DNA of 64,000 nucleotides from Candidatus Omnitrophota bacterium (GTDB lineage: Bacteria; Omnitrophota; Gorgyraeia; S143-82). Under the pieces are notes generated by a model. That model made no database searches. It was given only the letters and a program-made list of their open reading frames with translations, and had not been told where the DNA came from. Numbering within the stretch: position 1 is the first letter of the stretch; each line of letters starts with the position of its first letter. The stretch is from NCBI GenBank assembly GCA_015494465.1, contig WGBD01000006.1, positions 10,431 through 74,430 of the forward strand, written 5' to 3'. Shown here piece after piece: positions 57,154 through 64,000 of this stretch. A program made the position numbers and the translations under genes.

Positions 57154-57974
57154 ACCTTACCTCCTTTTTGTTTTGGCACCGGTATGTACTCCACCGCCGG
57201 TTGATATCTGACCGGTTGGGGATAGAGCATCATCAACTCGTAAATCTCCGTCGGCAACTCGTTGGATACATTGAGTCCCAAGGCCTTTGCCTCTTCGTAG
57301 GTTATTGGATAGTCGTGCGTCCACCTGCCCTCGGAAAGGATCCTGGCCAGCTCCTCTGCCCTATCCTCAGAGTAACGATCGGACAATATGGACTTCACCG
57401 CCTTGCGCATCTGCCTTATCGCTTTCTCCGCCATGTCCGCCATAATCAGGCTCTCGTCCTCTATCTCGTCTACCTTCTTCTCCTCCCGCAGGCGCAACAC
57501 TGAGGCAGCGGGGTACTTGCCCAACTGAGGATCCACCGGCCCAAGGACCGCATACTCGCTCATCACTATCTCGTCGCAGGCAAGGGCGATGAGCGTCCCA
57601 CCGGACATGGCGTAATGGGGGACAAAGGCGGTGACCTTCGCGGGGTGTTTCCTCAGGGCGTAGGCTATCTGAAGGGAACTCAACACCAGTCCCCCCGGGG
57701 TATGCAAGACTATGTCTATGGGCACATCCGGATCGGTCATCTGTATGGCCCGGATAACCTCCTCAGAATCGTTTACGTCTATGTACCTCATCACCGGGAA
57801 CCCCAGAAAACGCATAGTCTCCTCCCGGTGCACGAGTAGAATTACCCGCGATCCGCGCTTCTTCTCTATCAGAGATATCATCCTCCTGCGGGCGGATTCC
57901 AGAACCCACTGTTGGAATATCGGTTGAAATGCAGACAGCAAAAAAACCAGCCAGAACAGGTCAAATACGGTCAT
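57150..57974 (-). CDS. ClpP-class serine protease (SDH_sah-type)
   Basis: LHTPGG, PHYAMSGGTLIALA, LGPVDPQ, WTHDYPI. Confidence 0.85.
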   Translation of the reverse strand: MTVFDLFWLVFLLSAFQPIFQQWVLESARRRMISLIEKKRGSRVILLVHREETMRFLGFPVMRYIDVNDSEEVIRAIQMTDPDVPIDIVLHTPGGLVLSSLQIAYALRKHPAKVTAFVPHYAMSGGTLIALACDEIVMSEYAVLGPVDPQLGKYPAASVLRLREEKKVDEIEDESLIMADMAEKAIRQMRKAVKSILSDRYSEDRAEELARILSEGRWTHDYPITYEEAKALGLNVSNELPTEIYELMMLYPQPVRYQPAVEYIPVPKQKGGKV

Positions 57975-57996
57975 ACTCCTCCCCTCTCGTAAAACC

Positions 57997-58653
57997 TCAC
58001 CGGGCCATCTCCAGAACGATTATCTTCTTGCCTACCATTTCCAGCGAGGAAATATCCAATTCGGATTTACCCGCACGCACCACCTCAATCCCCTCTGCCA
58101 GAGACAGGAAGTCGTCCAGCGTCTTAATCGGGAAACCCAACTTCGGCGTCTTGTAGTGCATCGGCACGAACACTTTCGGTGCGGGCAACTGCTGAACGAG
58201 CTCCATGGCCTCCCGCGGACCTATGGTGTAGGTCCCCCCTATTGGCAGCAGTACCACATCCACCTGCGCCAGTTCGCGGATCAACTTCGGATCCACCCAT
58301 CCCTGATCCCCAAGGTGGGCCACCGAACGACTCCCGTCCGAGACCACGAACACCACATTGCTCCCCCGCAGGCGCCCGCCTTCCGGGTCGTGGTGGGAGG
58401 CAATCCCCTTTATCTTCAACCCACCCACCTCGTATTCGCCGGGGCTGTCAAACACCTGAAAATCTCCCTTCACCTCCGCAACGCCCGCGTGATCGTCGTG
58501 CTGGTGGGACAGCAGAACCACATCAGCAGATACATTCACCCTGTCGTACCCCACCGCACCCTCAAAGGCGCGCCACTTGTAGGGATCAAACACTATCCTT
58601 TTACCGTCGGCCTCCAACAAAAAACAGGCGTGGGCAAGATAGGTCAGCCTCAT
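57997..58653 (-). CDS. Metallo-beta-lactamase-fold hydrolase
   Basis: HACF, DPY, SHQHDDH, HLGD, PIGG, PMHY. Confidence 0.88.
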   Translation of the reverse strand: MRLTYLAHACFLLEADGKRIVFDPYKWRAFEGAVGYDRVNVSADVVLLSHQHDDHAGVAEVKGDFQVFDSPGEYEVGGLKIKGIASHHDPEGGRLRGSNVVFVVSDGSRSVAHLGDQGWVDPKLIRELAQVDVVLLPIGGTYTIGPREAMELVQQLPAPKVFVPMHYKTPKLGFPIKTLDDFLSLAEGIEVVRAGKSELDISSLEMVGKKIIVLEMAR

Positions 58654-59393
58654 CCCTCATCACCTCCCTGTAACACCCGTCTGGGCAGGTACTCCTCGTT
58701 AACATTCATCAGGGAAAGAAACGCGTTCTTCACCACATCCACCTTCGGATTGTTGCGCTTTAGATATTTTAGCACATCTTTTATCTGCTCCCGACGATTA
58801 TCTACCGCCCAGGGGCAGGGAGGCAGTTCAGGATACTTCCTTTGGCGGGCGAGCCTCCTCAACTCCTCCTCCCTCAAGTAGACGAGAGGCCGTATCACGG
58901 TTATCTCCCCGGAAAAGAACTCCTGTCGGGGGCACATCGTAGATATCGTCGCCTGAAAGAAGACATTCATCAGGAAGGTCTGCACCACATCGTCCATGTT
59001 GTGCCCCAAGGCAACCTTATTGCACCCGTGGGCCTTGGCGGAGAAAAAAAGGGCCTTCCTGCGATACCAACTGCATAGGAAACACTTATCCTTTTCGGCA
59101 GAGGAGAGATCCAACCCCGCAAGGGCCTCCCTATTTACCTCGTACTCAACCCCCGAACGAGACAGGAATTCTTCCACCACCTGGCTGGCCTCCGGCAGGA
59201 CCTCTATGTGGCAGGCGAACAACTCAAACCTCACCGGACTGCGTCGGGCCTTTTCCTTAAGGAATTCCAAAAGGGCAAGGCTGTCCTTTCCCCCGGAGAC
59301 TCCCACGAGGATGCGATCGCCCTCCTCTATAAGCCCAAAATCACCGATCGCCCTGCCGACTCTTCTGGATAGGTAGTAGAATAAATCCTTCAC
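58650..59393 (-). CDS. ttcA: TtcA-family tRNA 2-thiocytidine biosynthesis protein
   Basis: PP-loop SGGKDS, CFLC, ALGH..DD, IRPL, downstream Cys. Confidence 0.82.
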   Translation of the reverse strand: MKDLFYYLSRRVGRAIGDFGLIEEGDRILVGVSGGKDSLALLEFLKEKARRSPVRFELFACHIEVLPEASQVVEEFLSRSGVEYEVNREALAGLDLSSAEKDKCFLCSWYRRKALFFSAKAHGCNKVALGHNMDDVVQTFLMNVFFQATISTMCPRQEFFSGEITVIRPLVYLREEELRRLARQRKYPELPPCPWAVDNRREQIKDVLKYLKRNNPKVDVVKNAFLSLMNVNEEYLPRRVLQGGDEG

Positions 59394-59405
59394 CTTAGGC
59401 GCAGA

Positions 59406-60131
59406 TTAGAGAAGCGCAAGCATATCCTTCACCGCCTTACGCATCCCGAAGAGGACTGCGTAAGAGACTATAGAATGGCCGATGTTGAGTTCGTAGATCT
59501 GGGGGATTTCCGCGATAGGGCGGACATTGTCGTAGTGCAGGCCGTGACCCGCGTTGACCCTCAAGCCCAACTTGTCGTGAGCGAACTCCGCAGACCTTAT
59601 TATCCTGCGCAGGTGGGACTGCCTTTCTCTCTTCGTCTTTGCATCCGAGTAGTGGCCGGTGTGTATCTCCACTATACCCACCCCGATGTCCCTGCTGGCC
59701 TTCATCTGATCCAGATCCGGTTCTATAAACAGACTCACCTCTATCCCTGCCGACTGAAGGCGCCTCACCACCCGCTGAAGGCGCCTGCCCAGCCCTATCA
59801 CATCCAGCCCCCCCTCGGTGGTAAGTTCCCTCCTGCGCTCGGGAACGAGCGTGGCCTGATGGGGTTTCAGGCGCACCGCCACATCCACTATGTCCCGAGC
59901 GATGGACATCTCCAAATTGAACCGTATGGATATCGCGGACTTGATCCTGAAGACATCCTCGTCGTTTATGTGCCTGCGATCCTCCCGCAGGTGGGCGACG
60001 ATGGAATCTGCTCCCGCCCTTTCACAAAGCACCGCTGCGAAGGCAGGGTCGGGATAGGTCGTGCCCCTTGCCTGCCGAATCGTGGCGACATGGTCGACAT
60101 TTACCCCCAACTTCTTCCTTTTCTGCCTCAT
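59406..60131 (-). CDS. pdxJ: Pyridoxine 5'-phosphate synthase
   Basis: [42 protein letters not shown]. Confidence 0.97.
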   Translation of the reverse strand: MRQKRKKLGVNVDHVATIRQARGTTYPDPAFAAVLCERAGADSIVAHLREDRRHINDEDVFRIKSAISIRFNLEMSIARDIVDVAVRLKPHQATLVPERRRELTTEGGLDVIGLGRRLQRVVRRLQSAGIEVSLFIEPDLDQMKASRDIGVGIVEIHTGHYSDAKTKRERQSHLRRIIRSAEFAHDKLGLRVNAGHGLHYDNVRPIAEIPQIYELNIGHSIVSYAVLFGMRKAVKDMLALL

Positions 60132-60343
60132 ATGTTTAGTTTCCCCTCCTGATACAACTTCACGAAGTAGCCAATAGATCGGTTATAGGTCTTCTCCGCA
60201 AAGTCCGGGAAGTAGCAGGCCGGCAACTCCCCCATGGAACGGTGATAGGCAATGCACTCACAACAGAGCCCCTTCTTACTGCACGGCTCGTAAGAACAAT
60301 TGCACCGGGCGAGGTTCCTATCCCTGTTGGGACAAGAGGCCAT
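60128..60343 (-). CDS. Small Cys-rich protein (DUF6485-like)
   Basis: C.C.Y.PC.KKG.CC.C..YH...ELPAC.F; overlaps both neighbours. Confidence 0.72.
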   Translation of the reverse strand: MASCPNRDRNLARCNCSYEPCSKKGLCCECIAYHRSMGELPACYFPDFAEKTYNRSIGYFVKLYQEGKLNI

Positions 60344-60830
60344 ACTCCTCCTCCAATCTCTTAAGGGCCTTCAGAGAATCCTCTTTCATAGGTCCGCTTG
60401 CCCTGTCTATTATCAGCTTCCCGTCCAGATGATCTATCTCGTGCTGGATAACCCTTGCCAGAAGGCCTTCCCCCTGCCAGACCTTTTCTTTCCCGCTTAC
60501 ATCAAGGGCCTTAAACTTTATGTAACCCACTTTTCGTCTAACCGGCACATACACCCCCGGCAGGGAAAGACAGCCCTCCTCCATCTCCTCCTCTTTTCCA
60601 CCCACCTCCAATATCACCGGATTTATCAACTTAAGCAGGCCCTTTCCCACATCCACCACGATAATCCTCTTGTTCACCCCCACCTGCGGGGCAGCCAGAC
60701 CTATCCCGTCGTACTTGTACATGGCCCGAGCCATCTCCGAGAGGAACCGGGCAAGGTCCTCGTCGAACGACTCCACCTCGTCAGACCGCCTTCGCAACAG
60801 CGGATCCGGATAATGCACTATCTTAAGCAT
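60318..60830 (-). CDS. def: Peptide deformylase
   Basis: [24 protein letters not shown]. Confidence 0.97.
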   Translation of the reverse strand: MLKIVHYPDPLLRRRSDEVESFDEDLARFLSEMARAMYKYDGIGLAAPQVGVNKRIIVVDVGKGLLKLINPVILEVGGKEEEMEEGCLSLPGVYVPVRRKVGYIKFKALDVSGKEKVWQGEGLLARVIQHEIDHLDGKLIIDRASGPMKEDSLKALKRLEEEYGLLSQQG

Positions 60831-61170
60831 CAGATTCACCCCTTATTATTATCGGCTCGGGCAGTTTGCCCCCGGAGATCTCCTCTTCACTGGCCCACCA
60901 ATAGGACAAAACGATTATCTCGTCCCCCACCTGTGCGGTGCGGGCAGCCGGGCCGTTCAGACAGACCACGCCCGAGCCCCTCTTACCGGGTATGGCGTAG
61001 GTCTCTATACGGGAGCCGGTGCTGAGGTTGAGGACCTCCACCTTCTCGTAGGGCAGGATGTTCGCCCTCTCCAGCAGGTCCTCGTCGAGCGTAATACTGC
61101 CCTCGTAATAGAGTTCCGTTTCGGTTACCCTTATCCTGTGTATCTTTGACTTCAACACGCATCGATTCAT
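60823..61170 (-). CDS. panD: Aspartate 1-decarboxylase proenzyme
   Basis: KSKIHR, YEG|SIT self-cleavage site, TYAI, NGPAAR. Confidence 0.96.
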   Translation of the reverse strand: MNRCVLKSKIHRIRVTETELYYEGSITLDEDLLERANILPYEKVEVLNLSTGSRIETYAIPGKRGSGVVCLNGPAARTAQVGDEIIVLSYWWASEEEISGGKLPEPIIIRGESDA

Positions 61171-61259
61171 AATCACACCCCAACCGCTCATTCCCTAACT
61201 CAAGATTTTACTACAAAAAGCCAAAAATCGGCAGGATATTATCCATCCCATCCGCCTTA

Positions 61260-61292
61260 TGAGACGGATTCTTCCAGGAAGATTTCGTCTCA
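61260..61292. repeat. Palindromic repeat copy 2
   Basis: TGAGACGGATTCTTCCAGGAAGATTTCGTCTCA, 19 nt past the AAA ATPase stop. Confidence 0.92.
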
Positions 61293-61311
61293 CACGATCG
61301 GGTTAACCCGG

Positions 61312-62601
61312 TCAATTTGGGGAGAAATAATTGGTAATCTCCGACTGGAGGTCAAAGACAAGGCAGGCCTTAAGGCTATAATCCTTAACTTTTGCCTCTT
61401 TGCGCAGGTCGTAATTTACCAGAAGGGCCTTCTGAGGCCGATACTTGGCTAAGAATGAGTAATAACTTCGTGATAACGATATCTCTTTTAATCTCTTGGC
61501 CTTTACTTCTATAGAGGTCAATTTCCCATCACCGCTTCTCACTACAAAGTCGAGTTCGGCCTTTTGCAAAGTTCTCCAATAGTGCAAAGTCGTCGGGGCC
61601 TTGATTATCTTTAACAATTCACTCGCTACTGCATTTTCAAATAGAGCACCTTTATCATCTCGCCTCTCGAGATTCTCAAAACGCCCAAGGGCAAAGTTCC
61701 GCAGGCCTGTATCTATAAAGTAAACTTTAGGGGTCTTGATAAGTTCCTTTTTCCTGTTGGTAAAAAACGGCGGAACCAGAGAAATAACGAAGGTATTTAC
61801 CAGATCGTTCAGATACTGTTCCACCGTCTTCACCTGCAATCCAACTTCCCCTGCCAACTGAGAAACATTTAACAGGCTTCCTGCCTGGATTGCCAACAAA
61901 GACACCAACTTGTTAAAGGCCATTATATTTCTGACTTTAAGAAACCCCAAAATGTCCTTCTCTAAATAACTGGTATATAATTCTTCTAAGATGGAACTCT
62001 TCTTCTCGGAGCTCTGTTCCACCACTACCCGGGGATAACCTCCAAAAACTACAAACTCACTTAATATGCGAATCAACCTTTCTGCATCGTACTCTATGAG
62101 ATCTTCTCCCTTTTCTACCACCTCAAATAAGTCCTTATCAACATACCTCAGATACTCGTTGGCGGAGAGGGGCATAACCTGAAAAACCTTTTTACGCCCG
62201 GTGAGGGCCTCGTGGACCTTGCTCTTTATTTCCAGAGATGAAGACCCAGTCAAAACGAATTTTACCCCAAGATTCAAATCGTAAATTCCTTTGATAAAAA
62301 CCCCTGCGTTTTCAAGTCGTTGGACCTCATCGATGAAAAAATACATAACCTCGCTTTCCTTTTTACGGGATTTAATAAAGGAAATAACATCACCCTGATC
62401 CTGAAAGAAGGTTAGGTCTCTTACGAGGTCCAGATTGAAACGGAATATATTGCTCGGATTGATCCCTTTCTTTTCCAGTAAATACCTCTCTATCTGATCC
62501 AGAATGGTGGTCTTACCTACTTGACGAGGGCCAACGATTACCGTGATCTCTTTTTCATCCAGATGCTCTATGATGGAGTCTACTATATCCCTCTTAATCA
62601 T
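61312..62601 (-). CDS. AAA_14-type ATPase with C-terminal DUF4143 / PD-(D/E)xK-like domain
   Basis: Start MIKRD; GPRQVGKT, FFIDEVQ, LTGSS, LTGR, GGYP, KVYFIDTG, FEN, E.DFV..IEVK; AT-rich. Confidence 0.9.
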   Translation of the reverse strand: MIKRDIVDSIIEHLDEKEITVIVGPRQVGKTTILDQIERYLLEKKGINPSNIFRFNLDLVRDLTFFQDQGDVISFIKSRKKESEVMYFFIDEVQRLENAGVFIKGIYDLNLGVKFVLTGSSSLEIKSKVHEALTGRKKVFQVMPLSANEYLRYVDKDLFEVVEKGEDLIEYDAERLIRILSEFVVFGGYPRVVVEQSSEKKSSILEELYTSYLEKDILGFLKVRNIMAFNKLVSLLAIQAGSLLNVSQLAGEVGLQVKTVEQYLNDLVNTFVISLVPPFFTNRKKELIKTPKVYFIDTGLRNFALGRFENLERRDDKGALFENAVASELLKIIKAPTTLHYWRTLQKAELDFVVRSGDGKLTSIEVKAKRLKEISLSRSYYSFLAKYRPQKALLVNYDLRKEAKVKDYSLKACLVFDLQSEITNYFSPN

Positions 62602-62644
62602 ACCTAATCCTCTCCCAATCCAATATTTTTTACCCTCTATTACA

Positions 62645-62673
62645 AGAATAACCTGTATTAAAATTGTAGTCAA
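62645..62673 (-). promoter_or_regulatory. Sigma70-type promoter of the AAA module
   Basis: TTGACT (62673-62668) - 17 nt - TATTCT (62650-62645). Confidence 0.65.
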
Positions 62674-62705
62674 CTGAAATTTTGATTAACTTTGTATGTA
62701 ATATA

Positions 62706-62738
62706 TGAGACGGATTCTTCCAGAAAGACTCCGTCTCA
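62706..62738. repeat. Palindromic repeat copy 3
   Basis: TGAGACGGATTCTTCCAGAAAGACTCCGTCTCA; contains the toxin TGA stop (62736-62738). Confidence 0.92.
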
Positions 62739-63020
62739 CTTCTCGGGGAGGCGCCTTATCACCGTCTGGTAAACCTCTTTTCTGTGACCTATCTTTAGGA
62801 TTACCACAAACTCACCCTCTACCCGATAAATAACTCTATAGTCCCCTACCCTTAACTTGCGATACCCGCGCAATCCCCTACGCAACGGTTCACCATACAG
62901 GTCGGGATCCACCAAAATCCGCTTTTCTATTGCAGATTTGATCCTATCCCTCATATTCCGAGGGATATTAGGAAGGTCGCACTTTTTTACATCCGGATGG
63001 TAAACCGGAGTAAAGCCCAT
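62736..63020 (-). CDS. RelE/ParE-family type II toxin
   Basis: 94 aa; G.PL...L.GYRKLRVGDYRVIY, IGHRKEVY. Confidence 0.92.
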   Translation of the reverse strand: MGFTPVYHPDVKKCDLPNIPRNMRDRIKSAIEKRILVDPDLYGEPLRRGLRGYRKLRVGDYRVIYRVEGEFVVILKIGHRKEVYQTVIRRLPEK

Positions 63021-63248
63021 CTACCCCCACACTTCCTCATGCGACAATCCAGAATCCAATGAAAAGGAGTTATCCCTCTTCCTTGCAATCTCATTCCAAT
63101 AAGAATCCTCCTGCAACTCCACAGCCTGTTTCAATAATTCCCTAGCCACAAGAGACATAGACAACCCGGACTTACGCGCCATTCTGCGGATAGATTCGTA
63201 CAACTCCGGCTCAAGGACGACATTCAAGCGTGCGTTTTTGGTGGGCAT
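63021..63248 (-). CDS. Ribbon-helix-helix antitoxin
   Basis: Start MPTKNARLNVVL (GGAGGTG SD); RHH pattern; C-terminal SHEEVW; abuts the toxin. Confidence 0.85.
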   Translation of the reverse strand: MPTKNARLNVVLEPELYESIRRMARKSGLSMSLVARELLKQAVELQEDSYWNEIARKRDNSFSLDSGLSHEEVWG

Positions 63249-63267
63249 AGTATCACCTCCAAAACGG

Positions 63268-63296
63268 AGTGTATCACAAGTGATGACCCGGGTCAA
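63268..63296 (-). promoter_or_regulatory. Promoter/operator of the TA operon
   Basis: TTGACC (63296-63291) - 17 nt - TACACT (63273-63268); palindromes TGACCCGGGTCA and TCACAAGTGA overlap the -35 and spacer. Confidence 0.7.
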
Positions 63297-63307
63297 TCTT
63301 TACCCTG

Positions 63308-63340
63308 TGAGACGGATTCTTCCAGAAAGATTTCGTTTCA
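63308..63340. repeat. Palindromic repeat copy 4
   Basis: TGAGACGGATTCTTCCAGAAAGATTTCGTTTCA, 4 nt past the stop at 63345. Confidence 0.9.
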
Positions 63341-63344
63341 TTTG

Positions 63345-63551
63345 TCATTTGTTGGATGCTCGTGTATCGTTTTGGGGAAGTTCTTCTTTGCTCACCTCGG
63401 TTCCATCGGGCATCAGATATCGAATCTTACCATCTCTAAGGTAGACCACCGGGACCCCTAACTTAAGATGCCTCTCTATAGCCTCTTTAATAGCCTCATT
63501 CATTATCCTTTCCAATGTCTTACCATCAAAATCGTTTGGCACCTCATTCAT
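63345..63551 (-). CDS. Small hypothetical protein, partner of the zeta-like ATPase
   Basis: Start MNEVP with AGGAGG SD; A.KEAIERH..LG.PVVY.RDGKI pattern; overlaps the ATPase stop. Confidence 0.72.
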   Translation of the reverse strand: MNEVPNDFDGKTLERIMNEAIKEAIERHLKLGVPVVYLRDGKIRYLMPDGTEVSKEELPQNDTRASNK

Positions 63552-64000
63552 CACAATCCTCCTTAAATCTTTCCAAATAGACTTTATCAACTACCTCCCC
63601 GTCGGATGCTATAAACCGAGCTTTACTTCCACCGTTATCAAAGAGATACCATCTATCGGCCAATAGCCTGTACTTATACCAAAAGTTGCACCTTGCCCGA
63701 TAATATCTTCTTATAACCACATCCTCAGGGATATAATGTCCTCCCAGCTGGGATCTATACTTAATCCGTTCAATACACACGCTAACATCCGCCACATCCA
63801 AAAAGAAAATCTTTATTACATAACCCCTTCTCTTGAGGTCCTCTATCACTTTAGCCCATATTTTCCCTGCCAGAGTCGTCTCAAAGCCAAAATTCTCACC
63901 TTTTTTCATCAACGAATGTATGCGCTGGAGCATTAATCTCCCAGCCTCTATTTGGGCATAGGAAGGCTCAAAGGGTGATAGTCCAACCGCTATCGCATCC
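63544..64000 (-). CDS. Zeta-toxin/AAA_33-like P-loop protein (COG4185-like), N-terminus beyond the window
   Basis: Frame stays open to the edge (DAIAVGLSPFEPSYAQIEAGRLMLQR...); FGFETTLAG, RI..R...GGH.IP...I.RRY, FDN. Confidence 0.85.
   Translation of the reverse strand, partial: DAIAVGLSPFEPSYAQIEAGRLMLQRIHSLMKKGENFGFETTLAGKIWAKVIEDLKRRGYVIKIFFLDVADVSVCIERIKYRSQLGGHYIPEDVVIRRYYRARCNFWYKYRLLADRWYLFDNGGSKARFIASDGEVVDKVYLERFKEDCDE

Noticed and set aside
61260-63340. CRISPR array interpretation of the 33-bp repeats
   Set aside because: The spacing is 1446 and 602 bp and contains whole genes rather than 30-40-nt spacers; no cas genes in the window.
61260-63340. Canonical integron attC or XerCD dif sites
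   Set aside because: No RYYYAAC/GTTRRRY ends, shorter than attC sites, no likeness to the dif consensus, and no integrase in view.
54845-63340. Cloning or adapter artefact (GAGACG...CGTCTC are BsmBI sites; GAGACAG resembles the Nextera mosaic end)
   Set aside because: The copies diverge naturally with compensatory changes, two supply in-frame stop codons, and the adapter match is only 7 bp.
54845-63340. Standard intrinsic terminators
   Set aside because: No U-tract directly follows the hairpins on the transcribed minus strand, and primary sequence is more conserved than terminators need; a non-canonical RNA role is not excluded.
162-63936. Numerous plus-strand ORFs (e.g. 27129-28442, 37634-38734, 53009-54223)
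   Set aside because: They are antisense shadows of well-supported minus-strand genes, with no recognisable motifs.

Overview
64 kb of a diderm (LPS-making) bacterial chromosome. Gene content and order suggest the PVC superphylum, probably Omnitrophota, and the proteins are E/K/R-rich as in a thermophile (inference). Every credible gene lies on the minus strand, tightly packed and often overlapping. Most are housekeeping: smc, ileS, secDF, rpsA, a tyrA-cmk fusion, lptD, mla, mcsAB-clpC, lipid A genes, bamA, dnaB, ribosomal proteins, glmU, trpB, glyQ, tpiA, thi4, pdxJ and panD. Two parts stand out. (1) A 2971-aa secreted/membrane giant protein with an AT-richer middle region sits between rsmD and smc and is flanked by a 10-bp direct repeat. 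(2) At the right end, AT-rich accessory modules (AAA+DUF4143 ATPase; RHH antitoxin + RelE/ParE toxin; zeta-like ATPase + small partner) are each closed by a copy of a 33-bp imperfect palindrome, TGAGACGGATTCT-TCCAG(G/A)A-AGATTTCGTCTCA. A fourth copy, with its central core inverted, lies 6.4 kb away. This looks like a cassette array built on a non-attC, non-dif recombination or REP-like site. No tRNA, rRNA, CRISPR array or recombinase gene was seen in the window.
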